56,229 nucleotides of DNA from Candidatus Krumholzibacteriales bacterium (GTDB lineage Bacteria; Krumholzibacteriota; Krumholzibacteriia; Krumholzibacteriales; WJIX01). The DNA lies in assembly GCA_046483305.1 (NCBI GenBank), contig JAWODM010000006.1, positions 1 through 56,229 of the forward strand. The letters run 5' to 3'. The translations under genes were made by a program, and so were the position numbers. Shown here piece after piece: positions 1-9,798 of the stretch (position 1 is its first letter; each line of letters opens with the position of its first letter). The notes beneath the pieces were generated by a model. The model had not been told where the DNA came from and did not search any database. It saw only the letters and a program-made list of their open reading frames with translations.

Positions 1-693
1 GTGGGACCATCGGTAAAAGGAGTGGAAAAGCAGGTGGCTATTATGGCTGTCTCAACGCAGGAAAAGGTGCTTGTGATAATAAACTCATGGTTCGTCGGAC
101 GGTAGCTGAAAGAATCATCCTGGCAGCTTTGCGAGAGAAACTGAACGATACTAATAACCTGATCTATATCCTTAATAGAGTTGAACAAAAGGTCAAAGAA
201 ATACATTCGGAAGTCCCAGAGACAATTCGTCTCAAAGAAATCGGTCTCGTTGTCGAACAGCGTAGGATAGATAATTTCGTAGCCTATATTGCAGAGGGTC
301 GAAGCAGCGAGGCAATAGGAAAAGCTCTCGAAGCTGCAGAAAGTAGAGTTAAAAAACTAGCTGCTGATCTTTCTGTTCTAAAAGCATCATGCGACCGGAT
401 ATTTAAAACGCCGCCAATGGAATGGATTGAGAAACGAGTAGAATCATTGCAGGAAATCCTCGAAAGAAGGGTCGGGAAATCGGCACTTATTCTCAGAGAT
501 CTCCTGGGCAAGATTTATCTTGAACCAGTGAAACCCGATATAGGAAAACCATATCTAAAGGCTGTATCCAAACTGCAAACCCTAGCCCTTTTAAAAACAA
601 ATCCCTGCTCCATTGGGAAGGAACAGGAAATATCTTACGAACCGGAAGACGGTTCGAATTCATTGCAATGGTGGAGGCGGCGGGAATCGAACC
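1..693. mobile_element. End of an integrative element/genomic island inserted at the tmRNA 3' end
   Basis: The integrase abuts the ssrA CCA end, and bases 1-668 look more AT-rich than the rest of the window (not computed). Inverted repeat GGTTCGA (651-657) / TCGAACC (687-693) is centred on the CCA/acceptor end. Confidence 0.7.
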
Positions 694-791
694 CGCGTCC
701 GAAGATACCGCAGCAAGGTTTCTACGTGCGTATCCTGCTGCTTATAATTCGCCTTGCAGGCACTCCAACAGGCAGAAAACCTGAAGGCTAG
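3..791 (+). CDS. Large serine recombinase/integrase, C-terminal part (5' end lies outside the window)
   Basis: Frame 3 is open from base 3 (GTIGKRSGKAGGYYGCLNAGKGACDNKLMVRR...). This is the YYxC...CxN half of the LSR zinc ribbon, followed by a coiled-coil region. The C-terminus WWRRRESNPRP is the antisense read-through of the tmRNA 3' end. Confidence 0.8.
   Translation, partial: GTIGKRSGKAGGYYGCLNAGKGACDNKLMVRRTVAERIILAALREKLNDTNNLIYILNRVEQKVKEIHSEVPETIRLKEIGLVVEQRRIDNFVAYIAEGRSSEAIGKALEAAESRVKKLAADLSVLKASCDRIFKTPPMEWIEKRVESLQEILERRVGKSALILRDLLGKIYLEPVKPDIGKPYLKAVSKLQTLALLKTNPCSIGKEQEISYEPEDGSNSLQWWRRRESNPRPKIPQQGFYVRILLLIIRLAGTPTGRKPEG
593..629 (-). terminator. Putative intrinsic terminator for tmRNA, inside the integrase CDS
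   Basis: Minus-strand hairpin UUCCUGUUCC-loop-GGAGCAGGGA (two G-U pairs) followed by UUUGUUUUU, about 40 nt downstream of the CCA end. Confidence 0.55.
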
Positions 792-1020
792 CTCCCATAA
801 GTTTCGCCTGAAGCCCGGGAGCCGGACTGCAGACTAGCTATCAGTAACCGACGCTCGACATTCACCCCTGACAGCTCAGGAGAAGCGAACGAGCTGCTTT
901 ATTAAGCAGCCAATGCCAAGTTATCGTTGGCAATTGAAGTTTGCCACATTTTAACGAGGTTGCGGCAGCCTCGGCACGCTTATCTTACTTCATCTATCTC
1001 CGTCGAATCCGTTCGCCCCC
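669..1020 (-). ncRNA. ssrA: tmRNA (transfer-messenger RNA)
   Basis: 5' end GGGGGCGAACGGATTCGAC; 3' end GGACGCGGGTTCGATTCCCGCCGCCTCCACCA. Internal tag ORF 931-902 encodes ANDNLALAA followed by tandem TAA stops. Length 352 nt. Confidence 0.97.
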
Positions 1021-1041
1021 AAATAAACGCTTACATCTGTT

Positions 1042-1070
1042 ACTATACTATTAAACAGCCAAAAAGTAAA
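1042..1070 (-). promoter_or_regulatory. sigma70-type promoter of ssrA
   Basis: TTTACT-17 nt-TATAGT on the minus strand, ending 21 nt upstream of the mature tmRNA 5' end. Confidence 0.6.
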
Positions 1071-1190
1071 GTAGTTCCAGTGTCTTTCCGGCAATCGGCC
1101 CCTCATCTTTTGATTGCTTTTCGCGGTATGACTGATTAAAATTCACCAGATAAGCTGTCACTCTAAACCTGAACATAGCGGGAGGATTCA

Positions 1191-3911
1191 ATGAAGAGGC
1201 TATCGTGCTTAGTTGCTGCCGTTGTTCTTCTGGCAGTCTCTCTTTCAGCGGCCGAGCTTCCATACCTGGACAAGCTGCCGCCGCTTATCGAGAGAGACAA
1301 GTTCTTTGGCGACCCCGAGATATCGGGTGCCCAGCTCTCCCCCAACGGGGAATTCATGAGCTTCAGAAAACCATTTAATGACGTAATAAATATCTGGGTA
1401 AAGAAGAGGGGCGAGCCGTTCGAGGACGCCTACCCGGTAACCGCCGATACCACGCGGCCGGTGCGGGGCTACTTCTGGAGTAACGACAGCAGGTATATCC
1501 TGTACGTTCAGGACCAGGGGGGAAACGAGAACTTCCATATCTACGCGGTAGACCCCCTGGGCGGGCCCGCGCCGGGGCAGGATGTTCCGGAAGCCCGGGA
1601 TCTGACCCCCATGGACAGCATCAGGGCGGCGATATATTCACTCCCCGATGATTCGCCAAACATGATCTACATAGGGCTAAACGACCGGGACCAGAGGTAT
1701 CACGACCTTTACAGACTTAATATCGAGACAGGGGAGAGAACCCTGATCAGGGAAAATACCGAGAAGGTAGCCGGCTGGGTCTTCGACCAGCAGGGCAACC
1801 TGCGGCTTGCCACCAGGCAGACCCCCGACGGCGGGACCGAGATATTCCGTATAGACGGGGACAAACTGGTCTCCATCTATATCGTAAACAATGAGGAAAG
1901 CGCGAATCCGCTGGCTTTCCACGAGGACGGGGAATGGTTCTATATGGCAACCAACAAGGGCGAGGATGTGGACCTCTCCAGGCTGGTTCTGTTCAACCCC
2001 GAGACCAGGGAAGAGAAGTTCGTGGAATCGGACCCCGAAGGGGAAGTGGATTTCGGGGGGGCGGTATTCTCCGAGAGGACCGACGAGATCATCGCCACCT
2101 ATTACGTGGGAGACCGGCTGAGGATATATTTCAAGGATTACAGATTCAGAAGGGCCTATAAGAGGCTGAAGCACCGGCTTCCGGACGGAGACCTCTATCT
2201 GGGCTCCATGACCAGCGACGACAGGTACTGGCTGGTGGCGGTAACCAGCGACACCGACCCGGGGGCCAGGTACCTCTACGATATGAAAATGGACAACGTG
2301 AAGCTTCTGTACCGGGGCAGGCCGGAGCTTCCCAGAGAGTACCTGGCGGAGATGAAGCCGATAACCTACCAGGCCAGAGACGGCCTGACCATCCACGCCT
2401 ACCTTACCCTTCCGAAGAATGTGGAAGGCAAGGACCTTGCGCTGGTGGTAAACCCGCACGGGGGCCCCTGGGCCAGAGACAGCTGGGGATACAACCCCTA
2501 CGCCCAGTTCCTGGCCAACCGGGGATACGCGGTGCTGCAGATCAACTTCCGGGGTTCTACCGGTTACGGGAAGGACTTCCTGAACGCCGGCAAGAGGGAG
2601 TGGGGCGACGCCATGCAGGACGATATCACAGACGGTGTCAACTACCTGGTGGAAAAGGGAATTGTTGATCCGGGCAGAGTAGCGATCTTCGGCGGGTCCT
2701 ACGGCGGTTACGCCACCCTGGCGGGGCTGGCCTTCACCCCGGACCTGTACGCGGCCGGAGTGGATTATGTGGGAGTCTCCAACCTGATGACACTTCTCAA
2801 ATCCATACCTCCCTACTGGGAAACCGCCAGGAACTTCTTCAACGAGCATGTCGGCGACCCGGACGATCCCGAGGATGCCGCCAGGATGAAGAGGCAGTCG
2901 CCTCTGTTCAGCGCTGAAAAGATCACCGCGCCTCTTCTGGTGGTCCAGGGAGCGAACGACCCCAGGGTGAAGAAGGCGGAGTCGGACCAGATAGTGGTGG
3001 CGATGCGCGACCTGGGCAGAGAGGTCGAGTATATCGTGGCCCCCGACGAAGGGCACGGATTCGCGGGCGAGGAGAACAGGATGGCCTTCGTGGTGGCGAT
3101 GGAAAAATTCCTGGCCGTGCAGCTGGGAGGCCGCTACCAGGAATCGGTCGCTCCTGAAATAAGGGAGAAGCTGGAAGAGATCACGGTGGCGGCAGAAAGC
3201 GTGGAGCTGCCGGAAGCTCCGGAGGGCGCGGAAGAGCTCTCGGAAGTCGGATTTCCCGGCTTCGATCCGGACAAGATGAGAGAGGGTTCGGCCTCCTACA
3301 AGCTGCATATTAATGCCGCGGGGCAGGAGATAGAGATGAGCGGGACCGAAACGGTCAGCAAATCGGAGTATAAGGGTATCTCTGCCTGGCATATAAAGAG
3401 CTCACAGAAGTCGCCGATGATCAGCATGGAGAACGAACTTTATCTGAAACAGGCCGACCTGCGCCCCATTCACGGGATAATAAAGCAGGGGCCGGCTCAT
3501 GTGGAGATCGACTACGGCGATAACGAGATCTCCGGGAAGATAGATATGCAGGGCAGCGAAATCCCGATACAGAAGCAGCTGGAAGGGCCGGTGCTGGGAA
3601 GCTCCCAGCTGGAAGCGGTTCTTCACACTCTCCCCCTGAAGGAGGGGTTCAAAACCGCCTTCCGCACCTTCGACCTGATGAGCCAGAGCGAGAAAATATA
3701 TTCGCTGGAAGTTACCGGGAAGGAGAAGGTAACCGTTCCCGCCGGTGATTTCGAAGTTTACCGGGTGGTTACCAAGTCTATGGATCAGAGCGGCGGGGAC
3801 GGGGTATATTACGTGAGCACTGAGGGCGGCCACCTGGTCAAAGCGGAGCTGAACCTGCCCCCTTCCTCCGGCGGGGGAACGGCGGTAATGGAAGCTGAAT
3901 CGGTGGAATAA
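1191..3911 (+). CDS. Secreted S9-family (prolyl oligopeptidase/acylaminoacyl-peptidase-like) serine peptidase with extra C-terminal beta-rich domain
   Basis: Signal peptide, propeller region, PHGGPW, nucleophile GGSYGG, Asp in GANDPRV, His in DEGHGF. GGAGG RBS. About 200 aa C-terminal extension containing VTVPAGDFE. Confidence 0.93.
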   Translation: MKRLSCLVAAVVLLAVSLSAAELPYLDKLPPLIERDKFFGDPEISGAQLSPNGEFMSFRKPFNDVINIWVKKRGEPFEDAYPVTADTTRPVRGYFWSNDSRYILYVQDQGGNENFHIYAVDPLGGPAPGQDVPEARDLTPMDSIRAAIYSLPDDSPNMIYIGLNDRDQRYHDLYRLNIETGERTLIRENTEKVAGWVFDQQGNLRLATRQTPDGGTEIFRIDGDKLVSIYIVNNEESANPLAFHEDGEWFYMATNKGEDVDLSRLVLFNPETREEKFVESDPEGEVDFGGAVFSERTDEIIATYYVGDRLRIYFKDYRFRRAYKRLKHRLPDGDLYLGSMTSDDRYWLVAVTSDTDPGARYLYDMKMDNVKLLYRGRPELPREYLAEMKPITYQARDGLTIHAYLTLPKNVEGKDLALVVNPHGGPWARDSWGYNPYAQFLANRGYAVLQINFRGSTGYGKDFLNAGKREWGDAMQDDITDGVNYLVEKGIVDPGRVAIFGGSYGGYATLAGLAFTPDLYAAGVDYVGVSNLMTLLKSIPPYWETARNFFNEHVGDPDDPEDAARMKRQSPLFSAEKITAPLLVVQGANDPRVKKAESDQIVVAMRDLGREVEYIVAPDEGHGFAGEENRMAFVVAMEKFLAVQLGGRYQESVAPEIREKLEEITVAAESVELPEAPEGAEELSEVGFPGFDPDKMREGSASYKLHINAAGQEIEMSGTETVSKSEYKGISAWHIKSSQKSPMISMENELYLKQADLRPIHGIIKQGPAHVEIDYGDNEISGKIDMQGSEIPIQKQLEGPVLGSSQLEAVLHTLPLKEGFKTAFRTFDLMSQSEKIYSLEVTGKEKVTVPAGDFEVYRVVTKSMDQSGGDGVYYVSTEGGHLVKAELNLPPSSGGGTAVMEAESVE

Positions 3912-3941
3912 ACTGCCTGCAGGAAAGGGAATGCTTTATAG

Positions 3942-3979
3942 AAAGGCGGGCGCCGGGAATACTCCGGCCCCGCCTTTTT
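3942..3979 (+). terminator. Intrinsic terminator (probably bidirectional)
   Basis: aaaggcggg-gccgg...ccggc-cccgcc hairpin followed by a T tract, between convergent genes. Confidence 0.7.
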
Positions 3980-4059
3980 ATATCCGGATGGATATCTGCG
4001 GGAAAATATGAATATGCCCTGGCTTCAATCCGGGTAGAGCCGGCTCTGCCCGTATCAGT

Positions 4060-4311
4060 TTAAAAAATGCTGCAGAGAGCTACAATCCCCAGGATAATCA
4101 CCACCAGCAGAAGGACCGGCGAGAGTAATCCCAGCAGGCCGATCCCGAAGAAAGCGCCCAGCACACCCAGGACAATCCCTATCACAGCCGCTATTATACC
4201 GAACACAATCCCTATCGCTCCCAGGATCAGGCTCCCCGCAATCTTGACTATCTGCCAGCCGAGGGTCAATGAAACCAGCCCCAGCAGAAACAGTATCAAC
4301 ACCGCTTTCAT
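4060..4311 (-). CDS. Small hydrophobic membrane protein
   Basis: 83 aa, almost all hydrophobic/Gly residues; AAGGT RBS-like sequence upstream. Confidence 0.7.
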   Translation of the reverse strand: MKAVLILFLLGLVSLTLGWQIVKIAGSLILGAIGIVFGIIAAVIGIVLGVLGAFFGIGLLGLLSPVLLLVVIILGIVALCSIF

Positions 4312-4378
4312 GGCATACCTTTCTTCCTTGCTTTCATATTAATTGATACGAAGCGGATTTTCAATTGTTTCATGTATG

Positions 4379-4412
4379 AAAAAAAAGGGGGCCTTCTTTT
4401 CAGGAGGCCCCC
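4379..4412 (-). terminator. Intrinsic terminator of the tricorn protease gene
   Basis: GGGGGCCUCCU-GAAA-AGAAGGCCCCC followed by U8 on the minus strand. Confidence 0.8.
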
Positions 4413-4455
4413 CGGCGCGGGCTCTAACGCACTAATTTATTGATCTGCCAGAGCG

Positions 4456-7400
4456 TCAATCCTTTTCCGGCGCGTCCGGAGTTTCAGGCAGCTCCGGCTT
4501 ATCTTCCCTGATCTTATCCAGGAGATAACGGATAGCCCTGTCAAGCTGAGGATCTTCTCCGCGCGCGCCTTCCTCCGGGAGTATTTCGACTTCTATGTCC
4601 GGGTATACACCGATATTCTCGATGCCCCATTCACCGGACATTTCATAGAAACCTATGGTCGGCACGGTGACCATACCTCCGTCCATCAGCGGCAGGTTTC
4701 TGTTCATTCCGACCAGGCCTCCCCAGGTTCTCTTACCGATCAACGGCCCCAGACCGGCCTGCCTGAAATAGTAGGGGAAGGCGTCCCCGCCGGAACCGGA
4801 ATACTGGTTGATCAGCATCGCCAGGTGTCCCTCCGAAGCTGACCGGGGGAATTTCCCGGGCTTGCCGTAGCGCTGGGCCCACATACTGGTAACCTTTCTT
4901 CCCAGCCTCTCCACGAATATGGTCGGTATCCAGCCGCCGCTGTTGTAGCGTTCGTCAACAATTATCCCGTCCTTATGGGCCTGCGGGTAATACCCTCTGG
5001 CAAACTCCTGAAGGCCCCAGACGTTGGTGTTGGGAACGTGGAAGTATCCTATCCTGCCGTCCGACTTTTCCAGAACCTTTCTGCGGTTGCTCTCCACCCA
5101 GTTGTGGTAGCGCAGGAACAGATCGCTGCTGGTTGGCACCACGGCGAATTCCCTGGCGTCTTCTCCGCCCGGATTATCGGCTACCCTGATCTGAACCTGT
5201 TTTCCGGCCAGGTTCTCGAAGAAGGAGTAGACGTTCTCGGGGTATTTGACCTCTCTTCCGTTGACCGCTATCAGGTAATCGCCCTCATTGACATCGATCC
5301 CCGGCTGAACCAGGGGGGCGAGGTATCTGTCATCCCAGTTTCTTCCCTCATAGATCCTGGCGAAGCGGTAACGGTCCTTATCCACCTCGAAATCAGCTCC
5401 CAGAAGGCCCACCCCGATACGCTCGCCGCGGGGGCGGTCTCCGCCGCCTACGTAGGCGTGCCCCACATTCAGCTCGGCGATCATCTCTCCTATCACGTAG
5501 TTGAGATCGTTCCTGCTGGTGAGATAGGGGAGAAAGAGTTCGTATTTTTTCTTGATATCCTTCCAGTCCACCCCGTGCATGTTCTCCACGTAGAAGAAAT
5601 CTCTCTCCATCCTCCAGGCCTCATTGAACATCTGTTCCCATTCACGGGAAGGGCAGATTTTGGTCTCCAGAGCGGTTTTAATAGAGCCGTCTCCCACATT
5701 CTTGCCGGGCTGAATATCGATGATCCCGTATTTGCCGCCCATAGCGCTGTACAGGACCTTCTTTCCGTCGGCGGATATATCGTATCCGCTTATCCCCGCT
5801 ATGACCGTCTTGACCTCTCTCTCCTTGATATCGTAATACTTCAGCGCAGCCGAAGCTTTGCCTTTGGTGCCTACCAGGGGAACGGAGAACTCGGCGAAGA
5901 GCACTTTCTGCTCCAGCGGGACCAGCCCCGCGAAATTTCCGGTTCCCACCGGCAGGGCCACAATCCTGCTGTCTATGCCGTCGAAATCTATCTCCAGTCC
6001 CTTTTCCTCTTCCTCTTTCTTATCGCCGTCCTCTTCCTTCCCGTCCTTATCCTCTTCTTCCTTAACTTCCACTTCGTCGCTCTCCGGGGCGAGCAGCGAG
6101 GGAACATCCTTCTGCAGGGATACCGCGCAGAGGTTGGTGTTCATGTCGAACAGGAAGTTGAATTCGTTGGTGCCGCCCAGCTTGAAGTTGAGCATCCTGT
6201 CGGAGAGGAAGAAGATGTACTTGCCGTCGGCGCTGAACACCGGGTCGAAATCGCGGTAGAAATCATCGGTGATCCTGGTCGATTTTCCGCTTTTCACCGA
6301 GTAAACGTACACCGAGCCGTACCCGTTATCGCCGCGCTTTATGTAAGTCACCCAGTCGCTCCGCGGAGACCAGGCATAGTCGGTGATATCGCCCCAGTCA
6401 TCCTGAGCGATCCTGGTTATCCTGCCGTCCTCCGCGTCCACACAGTACAGGCTGAAGGTCTGGTCGTGGTAGAGAAGTTTCCTGCTGTCCGGCGACCACA
6501 ACAGGTCGAAGGGGTAGTTCTTCACCCCTCTGGTCAGCCGTTTGGCCTCCCCGCTCCCGTCCGGTTTCTGCAGATAGATCTCGTACTCCCCGTCTCTGTC
6601 TGAGAAATATGCAACCCACTTGCCGTTCGGCGAGAACGCGGGGCTGCGGTCGCGGCTGCCGGAACTGGCAGTTAGGTTGCGTATTTCTCCTTTTTCCGCC
6701 GGTACGGTGAAGATATCGCCTCTCGCTCCGAAGGCGGCTCTCTTCCCCGCTGCTGATATGCCGAATGATCTGATCAACCGGCCGGCATCAACGTAGTGGG
6801 GGCGTTTCTGATTAAGCTCGGCCGGGATATTAACAGTTATCTTTGCGGTTTTTCCGGTATTCAGGTCCAGTACGTAGAGATAACCCCCATTCTCATAGAC
6901 GATGGCATCTCCGCCCAGACTGGGGAACTTGACGTCATACCTGTCATGGTCGGTTACCTTGACTATCTCCCTGGTACCGAGGTCTATCTTATAGATGTTC
7001 ATTATATCTTCACGGTCGGATATAAAATAGACGCTGTTTCCGTGCCACATGGGAAAGGCGTCGGTGCCGCCGAATTCGGTCAGCTTCTCGCTCTTATTAT
7101 TCTTGAGGTCGTAAATCCAGATATCCTGGGCCATGCCCCCCCGGTACCGCTTCCAGGTCCTGAACTCCCTTGATATCCTGTTGTAAGCGATTTTATTTCC
7201 GTCAGGAGAATACGAGGTCAGCTCCCCCTCGAACAGCGGAAGCACCTCCGGATACCCTCCGTCCCTGCTTACCGTAAAAAGCCTGTTGTAGCGGGGCCCC
7301 GGGTTGGTCTTGGATTTCCTGGCGCTTCTCATCAGTATGAAATCCCCTGAAGGGTGCCAGTCCAGCATCATATCGCCGAGGGGATGATAGGTCAGCCTCT

Positions 7401-7704
7401 TGGGCGTTCCACCCCTGGCCGGAATAATGTAGATATCCGGGTTGCCGTCATAAGATGCTGAAAAAGCAATCGTTTCGCCGTCCGGCGAGAACTTGGCGAA
7501 AGCCTCTCCCCCCACGTCGGAGGTCAGGCGCCTTGCCATCCCGCCTTTCGATGGGACCGTCCAGATATCTCCTCCATATGTGAAAACTATCCTGTCCCCG
7601 TGAATATCGGGGTAACGCATCAGCCGGCTTTCCTCTGAAGCTGCCAGAGGGGCCGCTGAAATAAGAAAGACCGCCGTGAAAACAAGAACCAGTATTCTTC
7701 TCAC
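4456..7704 (-). CDS. Tricorn-like S41 protease, secreted
   Basis: Signal peptide, PD40/propeller repeats (FSPDG, WSPDS), His in LNVGHAY, PDZ region, catalytic Ser motif GSGGDAFPY, and GKRTWGG. Confidence 0.95.
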   Translation of the reverse strand: MRRILVLVFTAVFLISAAPLAASEESRLMRYPDIHGDRIVFTYGGDIWTVPSKGGMARRLTSDVGGEAFAKFSPDGETIAFSASYDGNPDIYIIPARGGTPKRLTYHPLGDMMLDWHPSGDFILMRSARKSKTNPGPRYNRLFTVSRDGGYPEVLPLFEGELTSYSPDGNKIAYNRISREFRTWKRYRGGMAQDIWIYDLKNNKSEKLTEFGGTDAFPMWHGNSVYFISDREDIMNIYKIDLGTREIVKVTDHDRYDVKFPSLGGDAIVYENGGYLYVLDLNTGKTAKITVNIPAELNQKRPHYVDAGRLIRSFGISAAGKRAAFGARGDIFTVPAEKGEIRNLTASSGSRDRSPAFSPNGKWVAYFSDRDGEYEIYLQKPDGSGEAKRLTRGVKNYPFDLLWSPDSRKLLYHDQTFSLYCVDAEDGRITRIAQDDWGDITDYAWSPRSDWVTYIKRGDNGYGSVYVYSVKSGKSTRITDDFYRDFDPVFSADGKYIFFLSDRMLNFKLGGTNEFNFLFDMNTNLCAVSLQKDVPSLLAPESDEVEVKEEEDKDGKEEDGDKKEEEEKGLEIDFDGIDSRIVALPVGTGNFAGLVPLEQKVLFAEFSVPLVGTKGKASAALKYYDIKEREVKTVIAGISGYDISADGKKVLYSAMGGKYGIIDIQPGKNVGDGSIKTALETKICPSREWEQMFNEAWRMERDFFYVENMHGVDWKDIKKKYELFLPYLTSRNDLNYVIGEMIAELNVGHAYVGGGDRPRGERIGVGLLGADFEVDKDRYRFARIYEGRNWDDRYLAPLVQPGIDVNEGDYLIAVNGREVKYPENVYSFFENLAGKQVQIRVADNPGGEDAREFAVVPTSSDLFLRYHNWVESNRRKVLEKSDGRIGYFHVPNTNVWGLQEFARGYYPQAHKDGIIVDERYNSGGWIPTIFVERLGRKVTSMWAQRYGKPGKFPRSASEGHLAMLINQYSGSGGDAFPYYFRQAGLGPLIGKRTWGGLVGMNRNLPLMDGGMVTVPTIGFYEMSGEWGIENIGVYPDIEVEILPEEGARGEDPQLDRAIRYLLDKIREDKPELPETPDAPEKD

Positions 7705-8051
7705 GCCTCGCTCCTTTCATTTGGAAGGTTGGAACTGCAGCAGGGTATTACTCCGGATCCGCCCTCAGCCAAAAGTGACGCTGAACTGACCAAATGTATT
7801 ATTGTATACTCTCCGCGCCGCGGGAATGTTTCAAAATTTCTGATTTTTATTAATCCCCCGAATGGCCCGGCCCTGAGATGATTAATGCCAGGATACCCTT
7901 CAGCAGCACCGGATTTATTGCCTTGCAATAACAGGTGCTCTCTGCTACATTACCTTCAATATGGAAAAATGCCTGTTGCTATTACGGTAGAATTGTCGTG
8001 CATTAACCTGATTATCCGTAAATTCGGTCTTAAACTCGAAAGGGAGAGAAG

Positions 8052-9713
8052 ATGGCAGAAGGAACAACCATGACCGGCCGGTTCAAGGACACTCTCAGAG
8101 ATTCCGCCCCGATGCGCTGGTTTATCCTGGTTCTGATCAGTGTCCTGATGTTTGCTACATACTGGTTTCAGGACTTCTTCTCCGGGCTCAAGCCGCTCAT
8201 GGAGAGCCAGCTCGGAATCACCCCCAGCCAGTTCGGAACACTATTAGGTTTAACTACTATCGCGAATGTTCTGGGGATGGTTATTGTCGGAGGCATGATA
8301 CTGGACAAGTGGGGTATCCGCCTGACCGCATTCGTATTCGGATCCGTAGCCACCATCGGCGGCGTCCTGGTAGCGCTCGGCGCCAACGACGTATTTTCCA
8401 GCGACCCCGGCACCAGGCTCAGGATTATGATCGCCGGAAGGATCATCTTCGGAGTGGGGCTGGAAACCACCTGCGTTCTTGTTACCAGAACAATAGTCAA
8501 GTGGTTCAAGGGTTATGAGCTTGCGCTGGCGATGGCTATCAATATGGGTATAGGAAGGCTGGGCTCCGCCCTGGGTACCGCCCTGTCACCCGACATAGCG
8601 AATTTCGATGCCCCCAGAGCTGTAACATTCGCCGCTTCTCTGATCGCTTTCGGATTCATAATGTACATTATCTACCTGATCTTCGATGTCAGGCTCGATA
8701 AACAGGTGAAAGCCGCGGATGAGGAAGCCGGGGTGGTAAAGGAAGAGGAGGAATTTCAATTCTCCGACCTGGGCAAACTCCTTACCAACAAGGCGTTCCT
8801 GCTGATAGCCTTCCTCTGTGTCGCATTTTATTCCGCTGTTTTCCCGTTCATGCAGTACGCCCCGGACCTTCTGGTGAATAAATTCGACTTCAGCTATACC
8901 CTTCCGGCTACTGCCAGGCAAATATCTCTGTTCGGGAGCGACATCCTGGGCAACCTGTCCATCTACATGGGCCTCTTCTTCTTCGGTGTATGTTTTCCCC
9001 TGGTACCCTCCAATCTGAAAGAGAAGAGCCACAAGATAGCCTCAATCGTTTTAATGGGGATTCTCTTCTTTCTGTTCATATGGACATTCAAGGATGTCCT
9101 GGGAGCCTGGCTTCAGAACGGCCCCAAGGCGGCAGCCCTGATCCCGATGGGAACCATAATGTTCACCCCTATCTTCGGAAAACTGGTGGACAGCAAAGGC
9201 AAGGCGGCATCGCTTATGATCATCGGCTCCGTGCTTCTTATCTTCGCCCACATTACCCTATCGGTCCTTAACAGCAGGGTCCTCGGTTATATGGGACTGT
9301 TCTCGCTGGGTATCGCGTTCTCGCTGGTCCCGGCAGCGATGTGGCCGTCGGTTGCCAAGATCGTCGCCGAGCACCGCCTGGGCACCGCCTACGCCACCAT
9401 GTTCACCATTCAGAACTGGGGCCTGGGAGCGTTCTTCTGGGGTATCGGCAAGGTCGCCGACGTTACCAACCCCGAGGTGGTTGAGAGAATGCAGGCAATC
9501 CGTGAGGGGTTGATTGCAGAGGGGCTTTCCAATGTCGAGATAGGGAAGAAGATGAATGAACTCAGGATCGCGGGCGAGCTTCCCATATACAACTACACCA
9601 TACCGATTCTGATGCTGGTCGGGCTGGGGATTATCTCAATCTTCCTGGCCTTCATGCTGCTTAAGGAAAGCAGGGAGAAGGACATCGGCCTGGAGAGGCC
9701 TTCCAACGGATAG
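8052..9713 (+). CDS. MFS transporter (MFSD1-like subgroup)
   Basis: Motif A GGMILDKWGIR, 12 or more hydrophobic segments, KWFKGYELALAM, and FSLVPAAMWP. Confidence 0.9.
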   Translation: MAEGTTMTGRFKDTLRDSAPMRWFILVLISVLMFATYWFQDFFSGLKPLMESQLGITPSQFGTLLGLTTIANVLGMVIVGGMILDKWGIRLTAFVFGSVATIGGVLVALGANDVFSSDPGTRLRIMIAGRIIFGVGLETTCVLVTRTIVKWFKGYELALAMAINMGIGRLGSALGTALSPDIANFDAPRAVTFAASLIAFGFIMYIIYLIFDVRLDKQVKAADEEAGVVKEEEEFQFSDLGKLLTNKAFLLIAFLCVAFYSAVFPFMQYAPDLLVNKFDFSYTLPATARQISLFGSDILGNLSIYMGLFFFGVCFPLVPSNLKEKSHKIASIVLMGILFFLFIWTFKDVLGAWLQNGPKAAALIPMGTIMFTPIFGKLVDSKGKAASLMIIGSVLLIFAHITLSVLNSRVLGYMGLFSLGIAFSLVPAAMWPSVAKIVAEHRLGTAYATMFTIQNWGLGAFFWGIGKVADVTNPEVVERMQAIREGLIAEGLSNVEIGKKMNELRIAGELPIYNYTIPILMLVGLGIISIFLAFMLLKESREKDIGLERPSNG

Positions 9714-9735
9714 TCCGAAGCTGTTCCGCTTATAT

Positions 9736-9773
9736 AAAGAGAGCGCCCGTTTAACCGCGGGCGCTCTCTTTTT
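9736..9773. terminator. Bidirectional intrinsic terminator
   Basis: aaagagagcgcccg-loop-cgggcgctctcttttt between convergent genes. Confidence 0.85.
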
Positions 9774-9798
9774 CTGATATCAGCAATCCGTTTCGGGT

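Noticed and set aside
669..700. tRNA-like 3' end (GGTTCGATTCCC...CCA) as a separate tRNA gene
   Set aside because: It is the tRNA-like domain of the tmRNA. There is no anticodon arm, and the matching 5' end is ~350 nt away.
927..1139. 70-aa ORF overlapping ssrA
   Set aside because: It is antisense to the tmRNA and its promoter, with no RBS or motif.
1677..3392. Long antisense ORFs (571 aa here; also 4975-6603, 15791-17116, 34590-35693, 40626-41663, 52761-53813)
   Set aside because: Each lies opposite a well-supported gene and has no recognisable motif. Such shadows are expected in GC-rich coding DNA.
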